A stretch of 64,000 bases of DNA, filler included, from Diploschistes diacapsis (GCA_023645945.1; 12 parts of 12 records of this genome joined end to end with filler, not necessarily neighbours in it); one strand, 5' to 3'; positions 23,324-36,499 are shown, counted from the whole stretch's first letter. The notes: generated from the sequence alone by a model not told the origin. Numbers and translations: made by a program.

Positions 23324-25972
23324 GACGCTCGTATGCATATATCTGTTTTTACGTTTGGGTTAATATATGGTGATATCGAAGCTCCTAGTTCGTTTTTTAA
23401 CGATGCATAGTTATCTTTGTTTCCTACTAACGAAATATCAAGACATATGTTATGATCAAAGTCAAATTTACCATCTCATGTCCACTCCGCCCCCGTGAGA
23501 ATGTCCGAAAGAGCTTGAGAAGCCCTAACGGTACAAGCACGGGTGGTCCAACATTGAACATACCAAACTTGCCAGAAGCAACCCAATCATGATCCGCAAA
23601 CATTCTCGATGCAAGATGGCTTATGCCTGATGCATCAATATTTTAAGCTAGCTAAATGAAGAGAACTGTGCTAATGGTTGACAATGTGCCATGTAAGTGT
23701 AAGCACGCATCCCAATAGATCGTATCCGCAACAAGCTTTTATTTCTTAATGGGGGAAGCATCTACACCTCCCCCAATTTACCACAAACAGCAATAGCTAT
23801 ACCTGTTCATTCAGCTGCGCTTGCGAAAGCCCAACTTCTCCCTAAAAGACCTGGATCTAGCTGGAGGAACTGGGGGCTCGAGCTTTCGCAGAAGTGTTGG
23901 CGCAGGTGTTTTCTTGGGTTGGAGCTGATATCTCCCGAACACTGACGCCTTGAGGATTTTGGTCCCAATACTCTTCTTCTTTTCCTCCTCGAGGTGAATG
24001 TCGTCCATGATCTCTGAGAAGGACGAAAAATCATGATGAGCGCCCTCTTCGGTTTTTTTCGGCGACATAGGCTCTACATTTATTCTCGTCCGGCATGAGC
24101 GCCAGACTTGGCAGAGGTTGCGCTGGGTTAGTGGTATCTCCTGCTAGCAATCTTCACCCTTCTTGTTCGTTCCACGGGACCCATGAGCCCTGGTGTCAGA
24201 GCTCTTGCTCTAGGGGCTTACCCTCGTGTTTCTCCTGTGCGCACTGAGCGACGATGGAGAGTCTAAAGTCATCGTTGTTGAGGAACTTAAGGCCGCTTGG
24301 GCAGACTGTTATGTGTCGCTCATAGTATCTTTTGTTAGGTAAGCATGTCAGGCAGAGATCGCTGTTGATCCCAGCACATGATGGTTTTATTCTGGGTTTC
24401 TTGGCTTCTGCACGCTAGGATGGTTATGCTGAAGTAAGTGTGTTCTAATGAGATGTTGAGTAAGGTCTGGTTGAGGTAAAACAGAAGTGCTTTGCGACAT
24501 CAAATAAGTTCACGGATTTATTTCAATATCGGTGGCGTTATTTGAGATAGCTGTTTATGGGAGAAAGGATACAGCCAAGACGAGGGAGACCTATTTATAC
24601 TATCAGAAAGGCACTGTTGCGTTTCCAAGGCGGTGATTCAGAGCCGTGACAATCCCACAACTCGTCTTTACAAAGGGAAGCCTGTCATTGTTCGAAATAT
24701 ACCAGCCAGGGGCTCCCAGTGCAAAATGTGAGCCAACCTTAGCGGTCGATGAAGTGAGTAATGCTACTACATCAGGCCTCCAGCGCTCAATATCTGGAAC
24801 ATCCTCATAGAGGGGAAATGCTTTACGCACGGACAGACCCGGCATCCTGAATGACCTGGCGAAGATGCTCAGAATTATCAAAGACGGGGGCCTAGGCTAT
24901 CAGCTCCTCCAAATGCCGTGCTGGTGGCAACACCCCAGGCCCATGTGCCAATTTCTCGCTCGCTAAGCCTACCTCAATGACATCTTGACCGAAAAACATG
25001 GCTCTCTATCCTGCCAACAACTCTCAATATAGTCGTATGAACGCAAGTCGCAAAGCCCCTTCCTCATACGTCGCTGCATCTTTGAAGAATCTGATCAGCT
25101 CTAACTCGATAACTCTGCAATAGGTACCCCAATAGGACTACAGGTACTGGTACGATTTCCAGTGCCTGACGTTGCGGAAGTTCTGGGCCCTACTAAAGAT
25201 CATTGAGGGTGCTGGTCGAACGACAATAGCGCTCAGCCAGGTTATTTATATTGAGATCGAGGACGGACAACGCCAAGTCAGGGTTGAACTTGTAAGGGAT
25301 CGGGGGGCTCGATGATGCTGAGAACCTCGAGCAGACCTTGGGAAGTATCAAGTAAGGACGGAAGTGCGGAAGGAGCCCGGTAGGCATGTTACTGGGCTCG
25401 ATGATGCTGAGAAAATCGTGAAGATAGAGCGGAGGAGGTCGTTCCGACAGTATTGCCGATGCAACCAGGAATTTTCGAGGCGCATATCGGTGGGCTCGTT
25501 GGTGCGGAATGCTAACCCATTCCCTCGGTTTCACAAAGCTCTCAGCACGATCAAGCTCATCGATATGCCCCTTGAGGGTTTCTGGTTCTGTCAGTAGTGC
25601 ATCTTATACAGCTTCCTCCTTTCGGTCATTGTAAAGTTTCTCTGCGCTATTGAGACCCCTGACATGCACCTCAAGCCTCGGGTTTCATCACCATAGACAG
25701 TCTTCTGAACGCTACTGTGCAATCAAACAACGTGAAAAGAGCAGTAGGAAAGGCTTTGAAAGGATTGTACCTGAACATGAGTCATTGAGGACCGGATGGA
25801 ATCAAAAGAGTCAATAGAGACAACAGTGGGCATAGCATAGATCACACAAGAGCGCTCATATATTCAGCAATGAAACTGGGCAATCCAAAATTCATCTCAA
25901 CCCCTCATCCCTAGATCAGAAGTGCATCAAAGACATTCTATTATCCTCGCAATCCCACTTCTAACCCACTTC

Positions 25973-26072
25973 NNNNNNNNNNNNNNNNNNNNNNNNNNNN
26001 NNNNNNNNNNNNNNNNTTAATTAATTAANNNNNNNNNNNNNNNNNNNNNNNNNNNNNNNNNNNNNNNNNNNN
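25973..26072. other. Artificial contig linker N44-TTAATTAATTAA-N44 (first of 11)
   Basis: Identical 100-bp linkers start at 25973, 29460, 32931, 36400, 39868, 43334, 46792, 50250, 53704, 57157 and 60607. The 12-mer gives stops in all six frames. Confidence 0.98.
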
Positions 26073-26209
26073 TTTATAAACTTTTATCTTTATAAAATAC
26101 GTTAAATCTTATTATTTATATTATTCCCAAATCGATCTAACCGGAATTTTAAAACTTCTTTTTAAAATTTAATCGAACTTTTATTCATACCTTTTACCTG
26201 TTTGTTTAA

Positions 26210-27303
26210 TAAAAGGAATAAATACGAAAGCAATAGATGCAAAAATAGTAGATACGAAAATAATAAATACGAAAGTAATAGATTCGAAAGTAATAAATAC
26301 GAAAATAATAAATTCGAAAGTAAGTGCGAAAGCAGAAGGTGCGAAAGTAATAGATTCGAAAGTAGTAGATTCGAAAGCAGTAGGTGCGAAAGCAGGAGGT
26401 GTGAAAGCAGTAGGTGCGAAAGTAATAGGTTTAAAAGTAGTAGGTGCGAAAGCAGTAGATTCGAAAGCAGTAGATTCGAAAGTAATAGGTTCGAAAGTAA
26501 CAGGTTTTGAAAGTAGTAGGTGCGGAAGCAGTAGGTTCGAAAGTAGTAGATTCGAAAGTAGTAGGTGTGAAATCAATAGATTCGAAAGTAATAGATTCGA
26601 AAGTAGTAGATTCGAAAGCAGTGGGTGCGAAAGTAGTAGATGCGAAAGCAGTAGGTTCGAAAGCAGTAGGTTCAAAAGCAGTAGGTTCGAAAGTAGTAGG
26701 TTTAAAAGCAATAGATTTAAAAGTAGTAGGTGCGAAAGTAGTAGATGCGAAAGCAGTAGGTTCAAAAGTAGTAGATTTGAAAGCAGTAGATTCGGAAGCA
26801 GTAGGTTTAAAAGCAGTAGGTTTGAAAGCAGCAGATGCGAAAGCAGTAAATGCGAAACCAGTAGGTTCGAAAGCAGCAGCTGCGAAAGCAGTAGGTGCGA
26901 AAGTAGTAGATTCGAAAGCAATAGATGGGAAAGCAGTAGGTGCGAAAGTAGTAGGTGCGAAAGCAGTAGGTGCGAAAGCAGTAGATTCAAAAGCAGTAGG
27001 TTCGAAAGCAATAGCTTTTGAAAGCAGTAGATACGAAAGTAGTGGATGCGAAACAGTAGGTTTAAAAGCAATAGGTTCGAAAGCAGTGGGTTTCGAAAGT
27101 AGGTAGATTCGAAAGCAGTAGGTGCTAAAGTTAGTAGATGCCAAAGCAGTAGATTCGAAAGCAGTAGGTTTGAAAGCAATAGATTTTGAAAGCAGTAGTA
27201 GGTGCGACAGCAGTAGGTTTGGATTCGAAAGTAGTAGGTTCGAAAGCAATAGGTTTTGAAAGTAGTAGGTGTGGAAGCAGTAGGTTTAAAAGCAAGTAAA
27301 TGC
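26210..27303. repeat. 15-bp tandem array (consensus CGAAAGCAGTAGGTT), roughly 70 units
   Basis: Periodicity directly visible; units differ mostly by transitions and become AT-richer toward the left. Confidence 0.95.
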
Positions 27304-27481
27304 AAAAAAAGATGCCACGTAATAGTTCAGTTCAGTTCGGCCAATCAAACCCGTTAAAATTCATTTCGGCCAATCAAACCCTTGACTGATACTTTCGGAG
27401 TTAATTTCTTATCTACGGTTTTTTCTACGCCCATAAACACACTAATCTGCAACTATAGTCCTGCGCTTCGCTTAGGAATAA
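27304..27481 (-). mobile_element. Possible terminus of a Helentron/HINE-like element hosting the 15-bp array
   Basis: The minus strand begins TTATTCCTAAGCGAAGCGCAGGACTATAG (TCCT..AGGA stem around GCGAAGC), followed by a duplicated TTCGGCCAATCAAACCC 17-mer and then the array. Confidence 0.4.
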
Positions 27482-27539
27482 TGTAGATGCGTTAGATAGT
27501 TTTAAGCGAGCTTTTGAGCCCCACAACCACACATAAAAT

Positions 27540-27640
27540 TACTTGTACGAAAGGTGAAAATGTTAAGAAATACATTTTACGAAGGTGCAGGGATTGTAAC
27601 CCGCTTTGTGGTGTAACCCGTTATGTGGTTAAACACGTTA
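27540..27640 (-). mobile_element. pogo/Fot1-type terminal fragment
   Basis: Reverse complement starts TA-ACGT and contains ATCCCTGCACCTTCGTAAAATGTATTTCTTAACATTTTCACCTTTCGTAC, identical to the transposase leader at ~40076-40125. Confidence 0.75.
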
Positions 27641-28272
27641 ATAGTGCCCGTAATTAATAATTGAAATGGCAAGCAAGGTTAATATTTATATTTTAAACGT
27701 TTTTGCACCGCGATATAAATTGGGTTAGAGAAAGCGGAGTATAGTATATACAGATTTTGAAGATTATACTTTGGTTGGAAAATATATAGGTGCTTTAATT
27801 CCTATGAGAAAATTTAAGTAGCGTTGTATTGTCGATGTAACTGAGCTTTAGCGTTTATATAACTTTGCGTTTAACCGGAGCGAGGGATAGCCCAGAGCTC
27901 TCGAAAGTCAAAAATGCAGCGTAAGACGAGCAAGGCTCGGCTCCGTCTATTAAAACCAACATGATAGAATAGAATGCAAGATACTATAATAATAATGATT
28001 CTTCTATACGGTCAAAGCGTGACCATACAAAGGTACAAAGGCACAAAGCTTGATTCAAATTGTCGTTGTTGCCATGCTCCTTGCATCCAATAGGATGAAC
28101 CCATCACCCTGTATACGCTATACTCGATTGAGTAAATGTAAGTTTCAGCTGCCAACAAACACCCGCACTCGCTTAGCCTAGTTGATTTGTTTTTCCGGCG
28201 GAAGGCATTGGAATTCTTTCTTCTCCCCTAGAGCTCCCTGATCAGGCCGGTCCTGGCATTTGAGGCATAAGA

Positions 28273-29459
28273 ATGGCCTCGACTACCGCGACAACTACTG
28301 TCGAAAACTCCGTCAAGTCGTCTAATACCTCCGACTACGATAAGTTCTTCTGGACATACACCGAAGAGCCTCATCGGACACGGCGACAGGCAATCATCAA
28401 GGCATATCCAGAGGTAAGGTAGTCTCAGTATGGTAGTATCTTCTTCTGACCATCAAGGAAGGTCCTCAAACTCTGCGGCGTTGAGCCTCTAACCAAATAC
28501 CTCGTCCTCGCCGTCGTACTCCTACAAGTCGCTTGCGCAGCATGCCTTCGAACCACTCCAGTTCTCTCCATCACGTTCCTTCTCACAGCTTACATCATCG
28601 GCGCAACGGCGAACCAAAATCTGTTCCTTGCTATTCATGAAATCTCCCATAACCTGGCCTTCAAGAATCCAACGGCCAACCGCCTCCTTGCCGTATTCGC
28701 CAACTTTCCCATCGGCATCCCCTACAGCGCCGCATTTAGAGTGGGTTCCCCGCATACCAATAGAAACCCTCTTTCCCTGAAAAAGCTCAACTGAAGTCTC
28801 CTCCCACAGCCTTATCACCTAACCCACCACAAATCCCTCGGCATCGATGGTCTCGACACCGACCTCCCCACCTCTCTCGAAGCCCTCTTCCTCGACTCCG
28901 TCGCCGGCAAAGCCTTCTTCTGCACCTTCCAGATCCTCTTCTACGCCCTCCGACCCATGTTCGTCTACCAGCTCCCTTTCACAAACCTACACGCCGCCAA
29001 CGTTCTCGCCCAGCTCTTCTTCGACCTAACAATCTATCACTATCTGGGCGGCCCGGCGCTTGCATACTTCATCCTCTCTTCTTTCCTCGCGGGCTCTCTG
29101 CACCCCTGCGCGGGTCACTTCATTGCGGAACACTACGTTTTTGACCGAGCGCAGGTTCTCAAAGCCCTCAACCAAAAAACATCACACATGCCGAGCGCTG
29201 TTGCGCCCCCACCGGAGACGTTCTCCTATTACGGCCCCCTGAACTTTTTCTGCTACAACGTCGGCCTGCACAACGAGCACCATGATTTCCCAGCCGTGCC
29301 GTGGAGCCGGCTGCCAGTGCTGCACGAGATGGCTAAAGAGTTCTATGCAGATTTGCCACGGCATGAGAGCTGGGTATGGGTGCTGTGGCAGTTCGTGTGG
29401 GACAAAGAGGTAGGACTGTGGTGTAGGGTTAAGAGGAGGGAGGGGGGAAGGTTGGTGGG
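28273..29459 (+). CDS. DES1: Sphingolipid (dihydroceramide) delta-4 desaturase, 3'-truncated by contig end
   Basis: FFWTYTEEPHRTRRQAIIKAYPE, His boxes HEISH, HLTHH and HNEHHDFP; two introns. Confidence 0.95.
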
Positions 29460-30716
29460 NNNNNNNNNNNNNNNNNNNNNNNNNNNNNNNNNNNNNNNNN
29501 NNNTTAATTAATTAANNNNNNNNNNNNNNNNNNNNNNNNNNNNNNNNNNNNNNNNNNNNATATAGATCATTAAAAGGAAAAGAAGAAAAAAAAAGTAAGC
29601 CTGAAATAGGTTTTAAAATTAAGCGTAAGCCATATACGTTTATTATTAAGATAAAAATTGAGGAAGGGATAAGAAAGAAAAAGGCGGAAAAAGCGGTATA
29701 AAGCCTCGCGCTAATTCTATAAATATAATAAATATATAAAAACAACGAGGGCCTTACGGCGCCTCGAAACAGGCATTTATGAAAATAAAATAGCCGTATT
29801 TCAGGTCTTGATAATTACGTAGAAAAGAAAAAAATTTATTAAAAGGATAATGGCATTTGATATCCTACCTGATTGGGACTAGCTCCCACCAAGCTACTAA
29901 AAACTACCCTAAGCCTATCTGGGAAGCCCGCAGCGCCACAACGCAACCGCAGCGACAGGGGTGCCAAACCTCTCTAATCGCGCAAGGAGCGCGGCCGTTT
30001 CCTTGGGCCGGTGCACCAGTCCTTTAGCGTTGCCCAGGTGTTAGCAGATCTTCTGTTTCTGCTGCGGATTCGGAGCGGGAAAGAAAAGGCGCGCTAATGT
30101 CTGAACACCGATAGAGTCTATAGACACGTCAAAATGGGGCGGAATGCAGGCTCCAGGGTAACAAGCTGCGGCACCAACACAGTGGCTGGTACGGAGAAGC
30201 TCGTGTGAGGCAGGCTGGTAAGGCAGGTATCCCCCCCTTTCGAGGTCTCTGCTTCCATCTTTGTATACCGGCTTGATGGCACTCCATGTGTATAAGCAGA
30301 TTTAAATGCTGATGAAGTAGTCAGAAAGATGATGTAGAAGGGGGCTGTATGAGCCTGCATCGACTAGAAAGCCATTTTGGTAGGCGGTGTTACCTTTTTC
30401 CGGCAACACTACGACCCATCCCGTTGCTGCCATGCGTCTAGCTTGTGTTATAGATCGTGGGCTGATGGAGCTGCGCCCCAAGGACTCCGGTATGACGAGA
30501 CTGGCTAAAGGGCTTTCAACAGTGAGCATGAAGAAGAATCCTGTCTGCCTCTCTTCGTCTCTTCCCCCACGTCAAGGGTTTCATATGCACCTTGCGTACG
30601 TGCATGCTTGGTACGGCCGCAATGTCAATCTTCTCAGATCTTGATATACCTTGACCTGTTCCCAACGTACCAGCTGGAGGTACGGTCTATTGACCTGCTT
30701 CTGCACGAATCGAGCT

Positions 30717-32503
30717 ATGGCAATGCCTTCCATGCAAACACCATGGCGCGCAAGGACTGTTATAGAATTGCATGAGGAAAGGGATCAAGAAGCGTGGTAT
30801 TGGCGATGGCTCGCAGCGCTATCCTCTAGTTTGATACTACTCGGGTATGACCTGCAGGGCTTCTGTCGAGCAACAAGAGTAACTCACAGGGAATAGCTTC
30901 ATGATCTTTCCTGCATCCTTCGCAACAACGACAAACACCGTTTCGACTTCAGGTACATTAAGCGTTGTCGCGGTGGTGCTCTTGGCGCTAGGTTACTCGC
31001 TGTCGGTAGCATTGTGGTTCATCTGCCGTAGCTGGCTCTTCCAGTTTGACTTTATCTTCTCGTACGCGCTTTACCTACCACAATTCTTTCCAGAAGCTCC
31101 AGACTCACATTACCCACAGCCCCTGCCTCCTCGCCTGCGCTCTCGGTGCACTCAACACCGTCATATCTCTCTCCATCCACCCCTCTTCCCCATCAAAATG
31201 GACCACGTCCTCCATCGCCTCCCTCGTCCTCGCCCTCATCTCCAGCCTGATATACGCCTTTATTTCCCTCCTTATCCATCTCAAAATCTCGCGCATAAGA
31301 TCCACGTCCCCACAAACCCGGTCCAGATCCAAAGGCAAGCGCCTATCCGGTGCCGAAACCATCAAACTCCTCCCGGAGGAAGAGCTCCAAAGGCAGAATC
31401 TTCTTCGTCTACTCTCACCTAACGACAACTCTCCTCGCGTCTCCCCTTCCCACTCCCAGTCCACCTTCATCATCACCATCCCAGACAATGCCCGCGCGGC
31501 ACGCAATCCACTACCAACTACTCCCCTCCCTCTAGCCGGCAACGGCCTCAACAACAACAACAACGACGACGACGACGACACGGGAAACGCCCTCTCCCAC
31601 CACGCCGTACCCTCCTCGAACTACGAATGCGCCGAATTCCGCAACAATAACACCCACAACAGCGACAACGCGTCGCAAAGCGCATACCTCGCATCTCAGC
31701 ACCCCTCGCCACCCAGCCAACCCTTCCACCAAGACAGTGTTAACGCGCATCAAGCCGCCCTCTCCGCCGCCCGCGAACGCGAACGGAGCCGAGGCCACAG
31801 CAGCCCGTACAACCCTTATTCGCGCTCGCGCTCGCAAAGCAGCCGCGACCCCTCGCCCCTCGGTCCCGCGGTCATCGTCAACACGCGCCACCCGTACACC
31901 AGCTCGCTCTCTGAACGCCATCCGCTCGAGCGCGGCCAGGCACAGGTGGACTTCGTCCCCGGGCGCCGCGGCGGCAGCAAGGACAAGGAAGAGCACGAGC
32001 GCATCCGGGCCGCGGGGCCGGACGGCGGCGTGTGGCGGGCCGAAGACCACTCTAGCTGTAGCAATACCTACACCGGCATCGACGGCGATGCGGAAGAAGA
32101 CGATGGAAGAGGGGTGGCGAGAGGAGGGATGAGAGAAGAGGACGCAGGCCCGGCGTGGGAGATTGTCGAGGGCGGCGACGTGGTGCTCGATCTGGGCGAG
32201 TTCAGGCGGGCGGCGGTGCCGGCGAAGAAGATTCCGCAGCCGCGGCAGGGCGTGGCGGGGGGGAGGAGTCCTGTTGGTGTGTTGAGTCCCGAAGCTGGGA
32301 ATGGCGATGGTGGCGGTGGTTATGGTGGTGGTGGCGGTGGTGCTGGGGAGAATAGCACGTGGAGCTCGATGCAGCGGATGCCGGAGGAGCTGGATTCGAG
32401 GCCGAGGCGGAGCGAGTTGGACGGTGGAGGGGGGGGAGGAGGAGGACGGGGACGGAGATGGTCACAGCGGGCGCTGCAGCGTCCGGAGCAGAGGTTCGTG
32501 TGA
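30717..32503 (+). CDS. Fungal hypothetical membrane protein (N-terminal TM helices, disordered C-terminus)
   Basis: Exons ELHEERDQEAWYWRWLA..ILLG | FMIFPASF..SWLFQFDFIF | PCLLACALG..LLPEEELQRQNLLRLL are joined by plausible GT-AG introns. Confidence 0.7.
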
Positions 32504-33030
32504 GCGCGAGTATGAGTGCTCGGGTTCCGAGCCGTCGGTTAACATATGGGTGTTTGCTGCGTGACGTGATTTTATGGCATGGTTGGCGCATAGCATGGGC
32601 GTTGATGCGGTCTGGGAGGCAGGCCATTGGCAAAGGAAGCAAAGAAGCGAATGAAGAAGCGGTTTGCACGTTCCTCTTATGGTTCGATGAACAAGACAAG
32701 TATTCTACACGGCTCTCTCGCGATCTGTGCTTGTATATATCCAGACAGGAAAAACTATCCTTGCAACTTCAGTCCCTCGCTTGATTTTCCTGCTACATCT
32801 AATCAAAGATTATCCCGGACAAGGAAACAATAATGAACCCCGCCGCTCACCGAGCCATATCCCCTCTATACAAAACCCCCCTTTCCAAAAACACAGTACA
32901 TGGGCGGCCCCCCCCCCACACACACACACANNNNNNNNNNNNNNNNNNNNNNNNNNNNNNNNNNNNNNNNNNNNTTAATTAATTAANNNNNNNNNNNNNN
33001 NNNNNNNNNNNNNNNNNNNNNNNNNNNNNN

Positions 33031-34760
33031 TAAGAATTATAATAAGACTTAGTCTTCTAAGATTAAGTTATATACATATCTTATAACCGATAAATACTAA
33101 GATAAGAAAATGATATCGAAACATTTAAAACGTGTTAATAAAAAAAATATCTCGCCGATTATTATAATTACGAAGAATCTTATCGTTCTTAATTTTACGA
33201 CTTCCACGAGCCTTAACGGCGCCTCGACGGCGACTGTTAATACTTCTACGAAATCTGTTTCTATCACCATCTTGCCGATCTAGATAAAGTCACATTATTA
33301 TATCGACACGATTATTAAGTCGGATATAAAGCCTAATTAGAACCCGTGTTTCGGATTTAAAAGTTATAAATACGCGATCGTGTTTATAAAATTAAAAATC
33401 AATAAAAAACATATTACTTTTATTTAAATATTAAGTATACTATAAGCTTCATAAACAGAAAGTTCCTTAATAAGATAAAGTTAGAGATAAAAGTACTTAC
33501 GATATCAACGCCGATAAAGGTGACTAAAGTAGGCAAAACCAAGTATTCGGTTACGAACTACGTCGTCCTAGAATTATACTTCCCGGCTAACGACGGTAGA
33601 TTAACGTAAATCACGAGAAAGCTATATATTATCGACAATTTACGAATAATCGTGCTTATAAAGATCGATATACTGGATTTAAAACGGTTTTTAATAGATT
33701 TTCAAAGATATATTATCATTATTAGAAATTATATTAATTCCAAAGTTTCAATCTTAATTATAACGATAGAAAAAACTACGATTACAGTCTTCGTTAAAAA
33801 TATCTCGACGATACCCCCTAAAATAGTTATATTAGTGCCTATTATTGGTCTAAAAGATGTACCTTTAATACTATTATAGGATCGGGACTTTCTTTTTAAC
33901 TAAAGCGACAACGACATCTTTCGATTAGGCTGGCCGTTTCGTGCCACGGTCACTAACACGGACACTATAGCAAAAATTTTTAAAACACGGACACTAACAC
34001 GGACACGACAGTTAAAATTTTAAAACATTAATATTAATACGAACACTGCACTTCCGTAAATCCACGGACACGGACACTATCATTAAAATTTTTAAAATAT
34101 TAATATTAATACGGACACTATATTTCCGTGAATTCACGGATACGGACACCGTAATTAAAAAATTTAAAACACGGATATTAATACGAATATTGTATTTCCG
34201 TAAATCCATTAATACGAATATTATACTATAATAAAAACACGAAAACACTTTTTTTTTAATATTTTTAAAATTATCACGTTTATTTCTCACGCTTTTATTT
34301 TTAAAAAAGTTTTTTTAAAACACGGACATGGATACGGATACTGTATTATAATGAATACACGAACACGGATACCGTAATTAAATTTTTTAAAATACGGATA
34401 TTAATACGGACATTATATTTCCGTAAATCCACGGACACGGATATTGTAATTAAAAAATTTAAAATATTAATATTAATACGGATACTGTACTTCCGTGAAT
34501 CCACGGACACGGACACCGTAGCTAAAAAATCTAAAACACGGACACTGACACTGTCAGTGTCCGTGTCAGTGTCAGTGACGGCCAGCCTACTTTCGATATA
34601 CGCACACGTGGTCGATTATAATACCAATATAATACTAATACGAAATAATACGAATGTTACGCATACCTTTCCGAAGCATACTTAATTAGATTTTATTATC
34701 GACTACAACGACAACGGTACCTATAAAGCCGATACCAGCCTCAGAAACCTAACGAGATGT
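33031..34760 (+). pseudogene. RIP-degraded Ty3/Gypsy pol fragment (protease region)
   Basis: Reads as an eroded CLDTGC..IDRKFL / IVDNL..LIGxD / DRDFLF..IYAHVVD region; interrupted by a hAT MITE and an LTR. Confidence 0.7.
33926..34589. mobile_element. Non-autonomous hAT-type element (664 bp)
   Basis: Perfect 12-bp TIRs TAGGCTGGCCGT/ACGGCCAGCCTA; exact 8-bp TSD CTTTCGAT (33918-33925, 34590-34597); internal ~72-bp CACGGACAC-rich subrepeats. Confidence 0.92.
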
Positions 34761-36399
34761 TGTTATGATCTCTATCTCTACAACGTAGACACGAGGTATT
34801 GATTAAGGTGGATTTGGTCTCTGGTAGAATGTTATGATCTCTATCTATACAAGGTATACACGAGTAGGATCAAGGTGGGTTTGGTCTCTATTAGAAGAGG
34901 AGTGTAGTAAGAGAAGAAGATAGAGCAGTTATAGGTCTTGGACTGTTTTTAAAAAGAAAGCTTTTTAATAATAGAAGTTACGAATATAAATTAATTTTAA
35001 ATAAAAATTAAAGATATTTATAAAAATAAACACGCCCTAAATTTATAAAAGTTATAACGACGTTTTTATATAACTAATAATTCTGTTAATAAAATAAATA
35101 AATAAATGAATAAAACTACCGTTCTTTTTTTCTACTTACGATTAGATAGAATGGTTTTTTAGACCTTTTACTCGTCACGTGACCCGTGTTACCCTAATTA
35201 GACTATATATAAGAAATAGTTAGGAAGTGCCCGACTAACTGTTACGTATTAAGTACTATAGGTTAATATTTTAGATCGTAATATTATCCTCTTTTTTTAA
35301 TTTTGTCGGCCCGATAAGCACCGAAGAGTTAATATAAATATTAAATAAAAGAAAATCTTAAGTCGTGAGACAGCGATATCTTCTTCGTCTTTAATATAAA
35401 AGAAACGTTTAAGCTTTATTATTCGTCTTCGGGATTTTCTAGACACATTACCTTATAATTATTATTTATTTTCTTACGATTGTATTAAGATACCTTTTAT
35501 CTCGGTGAAATGCGCTCGTTATATTAAGTCCGGTAAGAAGGATTACGTTTTTATTATATAGGAGGTAATTAAACGGACTATCCTTTCGAAAAAAACGAGA
35601 TCGAAAAGGATAAGAAGCTTATTAACGAGGATAATAAACAAAAGGAAGAGTTGGAAAAACAACTTCGTGAGATTAAGGATCGTCGTCTCTAGCGCAAACG
35701 TCGTATTCGCCGTAATTAAAAGGTTTTTAAATTAACGGAAGGTCGTGCGGACGCGCAAGCGAGGTGTTTAACGAAAGAATTAGATTTAGAATCGTTCGAG
35801 ATATATGCTAACGTTTAAGAAGGCGTGCCTTCGGAGTTCGGTCCAGAATTATTAAAATTAGCCGCGATATCGTTTATTTAATTGAATTGATCTTTAAGAA
35901 ATGAAACTTTTATTTCTTTAAATTAAATAAGTCTGCGGTATTCTCTTATCTTATTCCTATAATTGCTCAAATTCTCTAAAGATTCCTACGTGTTTTATTC
36001 CGATGGGTATCTTTTTCACTTAATAAAGAATCTTTTAGGACTATTATCCAGAATCCTTTCGATTTCGTATTCGTTTTCGTTATCTAATTCGAAATAAAAG
36101 GTTTTTTATAACGGTGTTTCTAGATATATTAATTTAAAATATCGTGAATAGAACACTAAATAAACTTTCGCGTTCTTTAATACTTTAAATCGGTAACTGA
36201 TTCGTTTAGTTTCGTCCTGTATAACGGATTATTTATCGATAAAAAAAAGTTCGATTTTAACGTAATTTAACTTTTTAAAAGGTCTACGTGTCTTAAAATT
36301 ATTCGTATATAAATAAATCTTATTTCTCTTTTTTAACTAGGGATTCTTCCTTAAGACTACGAATCTTCTAACATCATTCAATGCCTCGTTATTAAATAA
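34761..36399 (-). mobile_element. 3' end of a RIP-mutated Gypsy chromovirus: integrase tail, chromodomain, PPT and 454-bp LTR (34830-35283), inserted into a related LTR end (34761-34829)
   Basis: Minus strand ENEYEIERILDN..FFIK*KRYPSE*NT*ESLENL; purine tract next to the LTR; LTR termini TGTTATGATC..GATCGTAATA, homologous to 56178-56631. Confidence 0.85.
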
Positions 36400-36499
36400 N
36401 NNNNNNNNNNNNNNNNNNNNNNNNNNNNNNNNNNNNNNNNNNNTTAATTAATTAANNNNNNNNNNNNNNNNNNNNNNNNNNNNNNNNNNNNNNNNNNNN

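Noticed and set aside
23811..25900. Small minus-strand ORFs (23811-24068, 25193-25534) and a 20-bp direct repeat at ~25305/25394
   Set aside because: No consistent spliced model or recognisable motif; may be real small genes but unsupported.
26017..26028. Regularly spaced TTAATTAATTAA motif
   Set aside because: Synthetic linker embedded in N runs.
26181..27305. Long repetitive ORFs (LLLSN, ESSRF, KAVGS, FEPTA) or a CRISPR-like array
   Set aside because: By-products of a stop-poor 15-bp tandem repeat that is open in several frames. There are no unique spacers or cas genes, and the context is eukaryotic.
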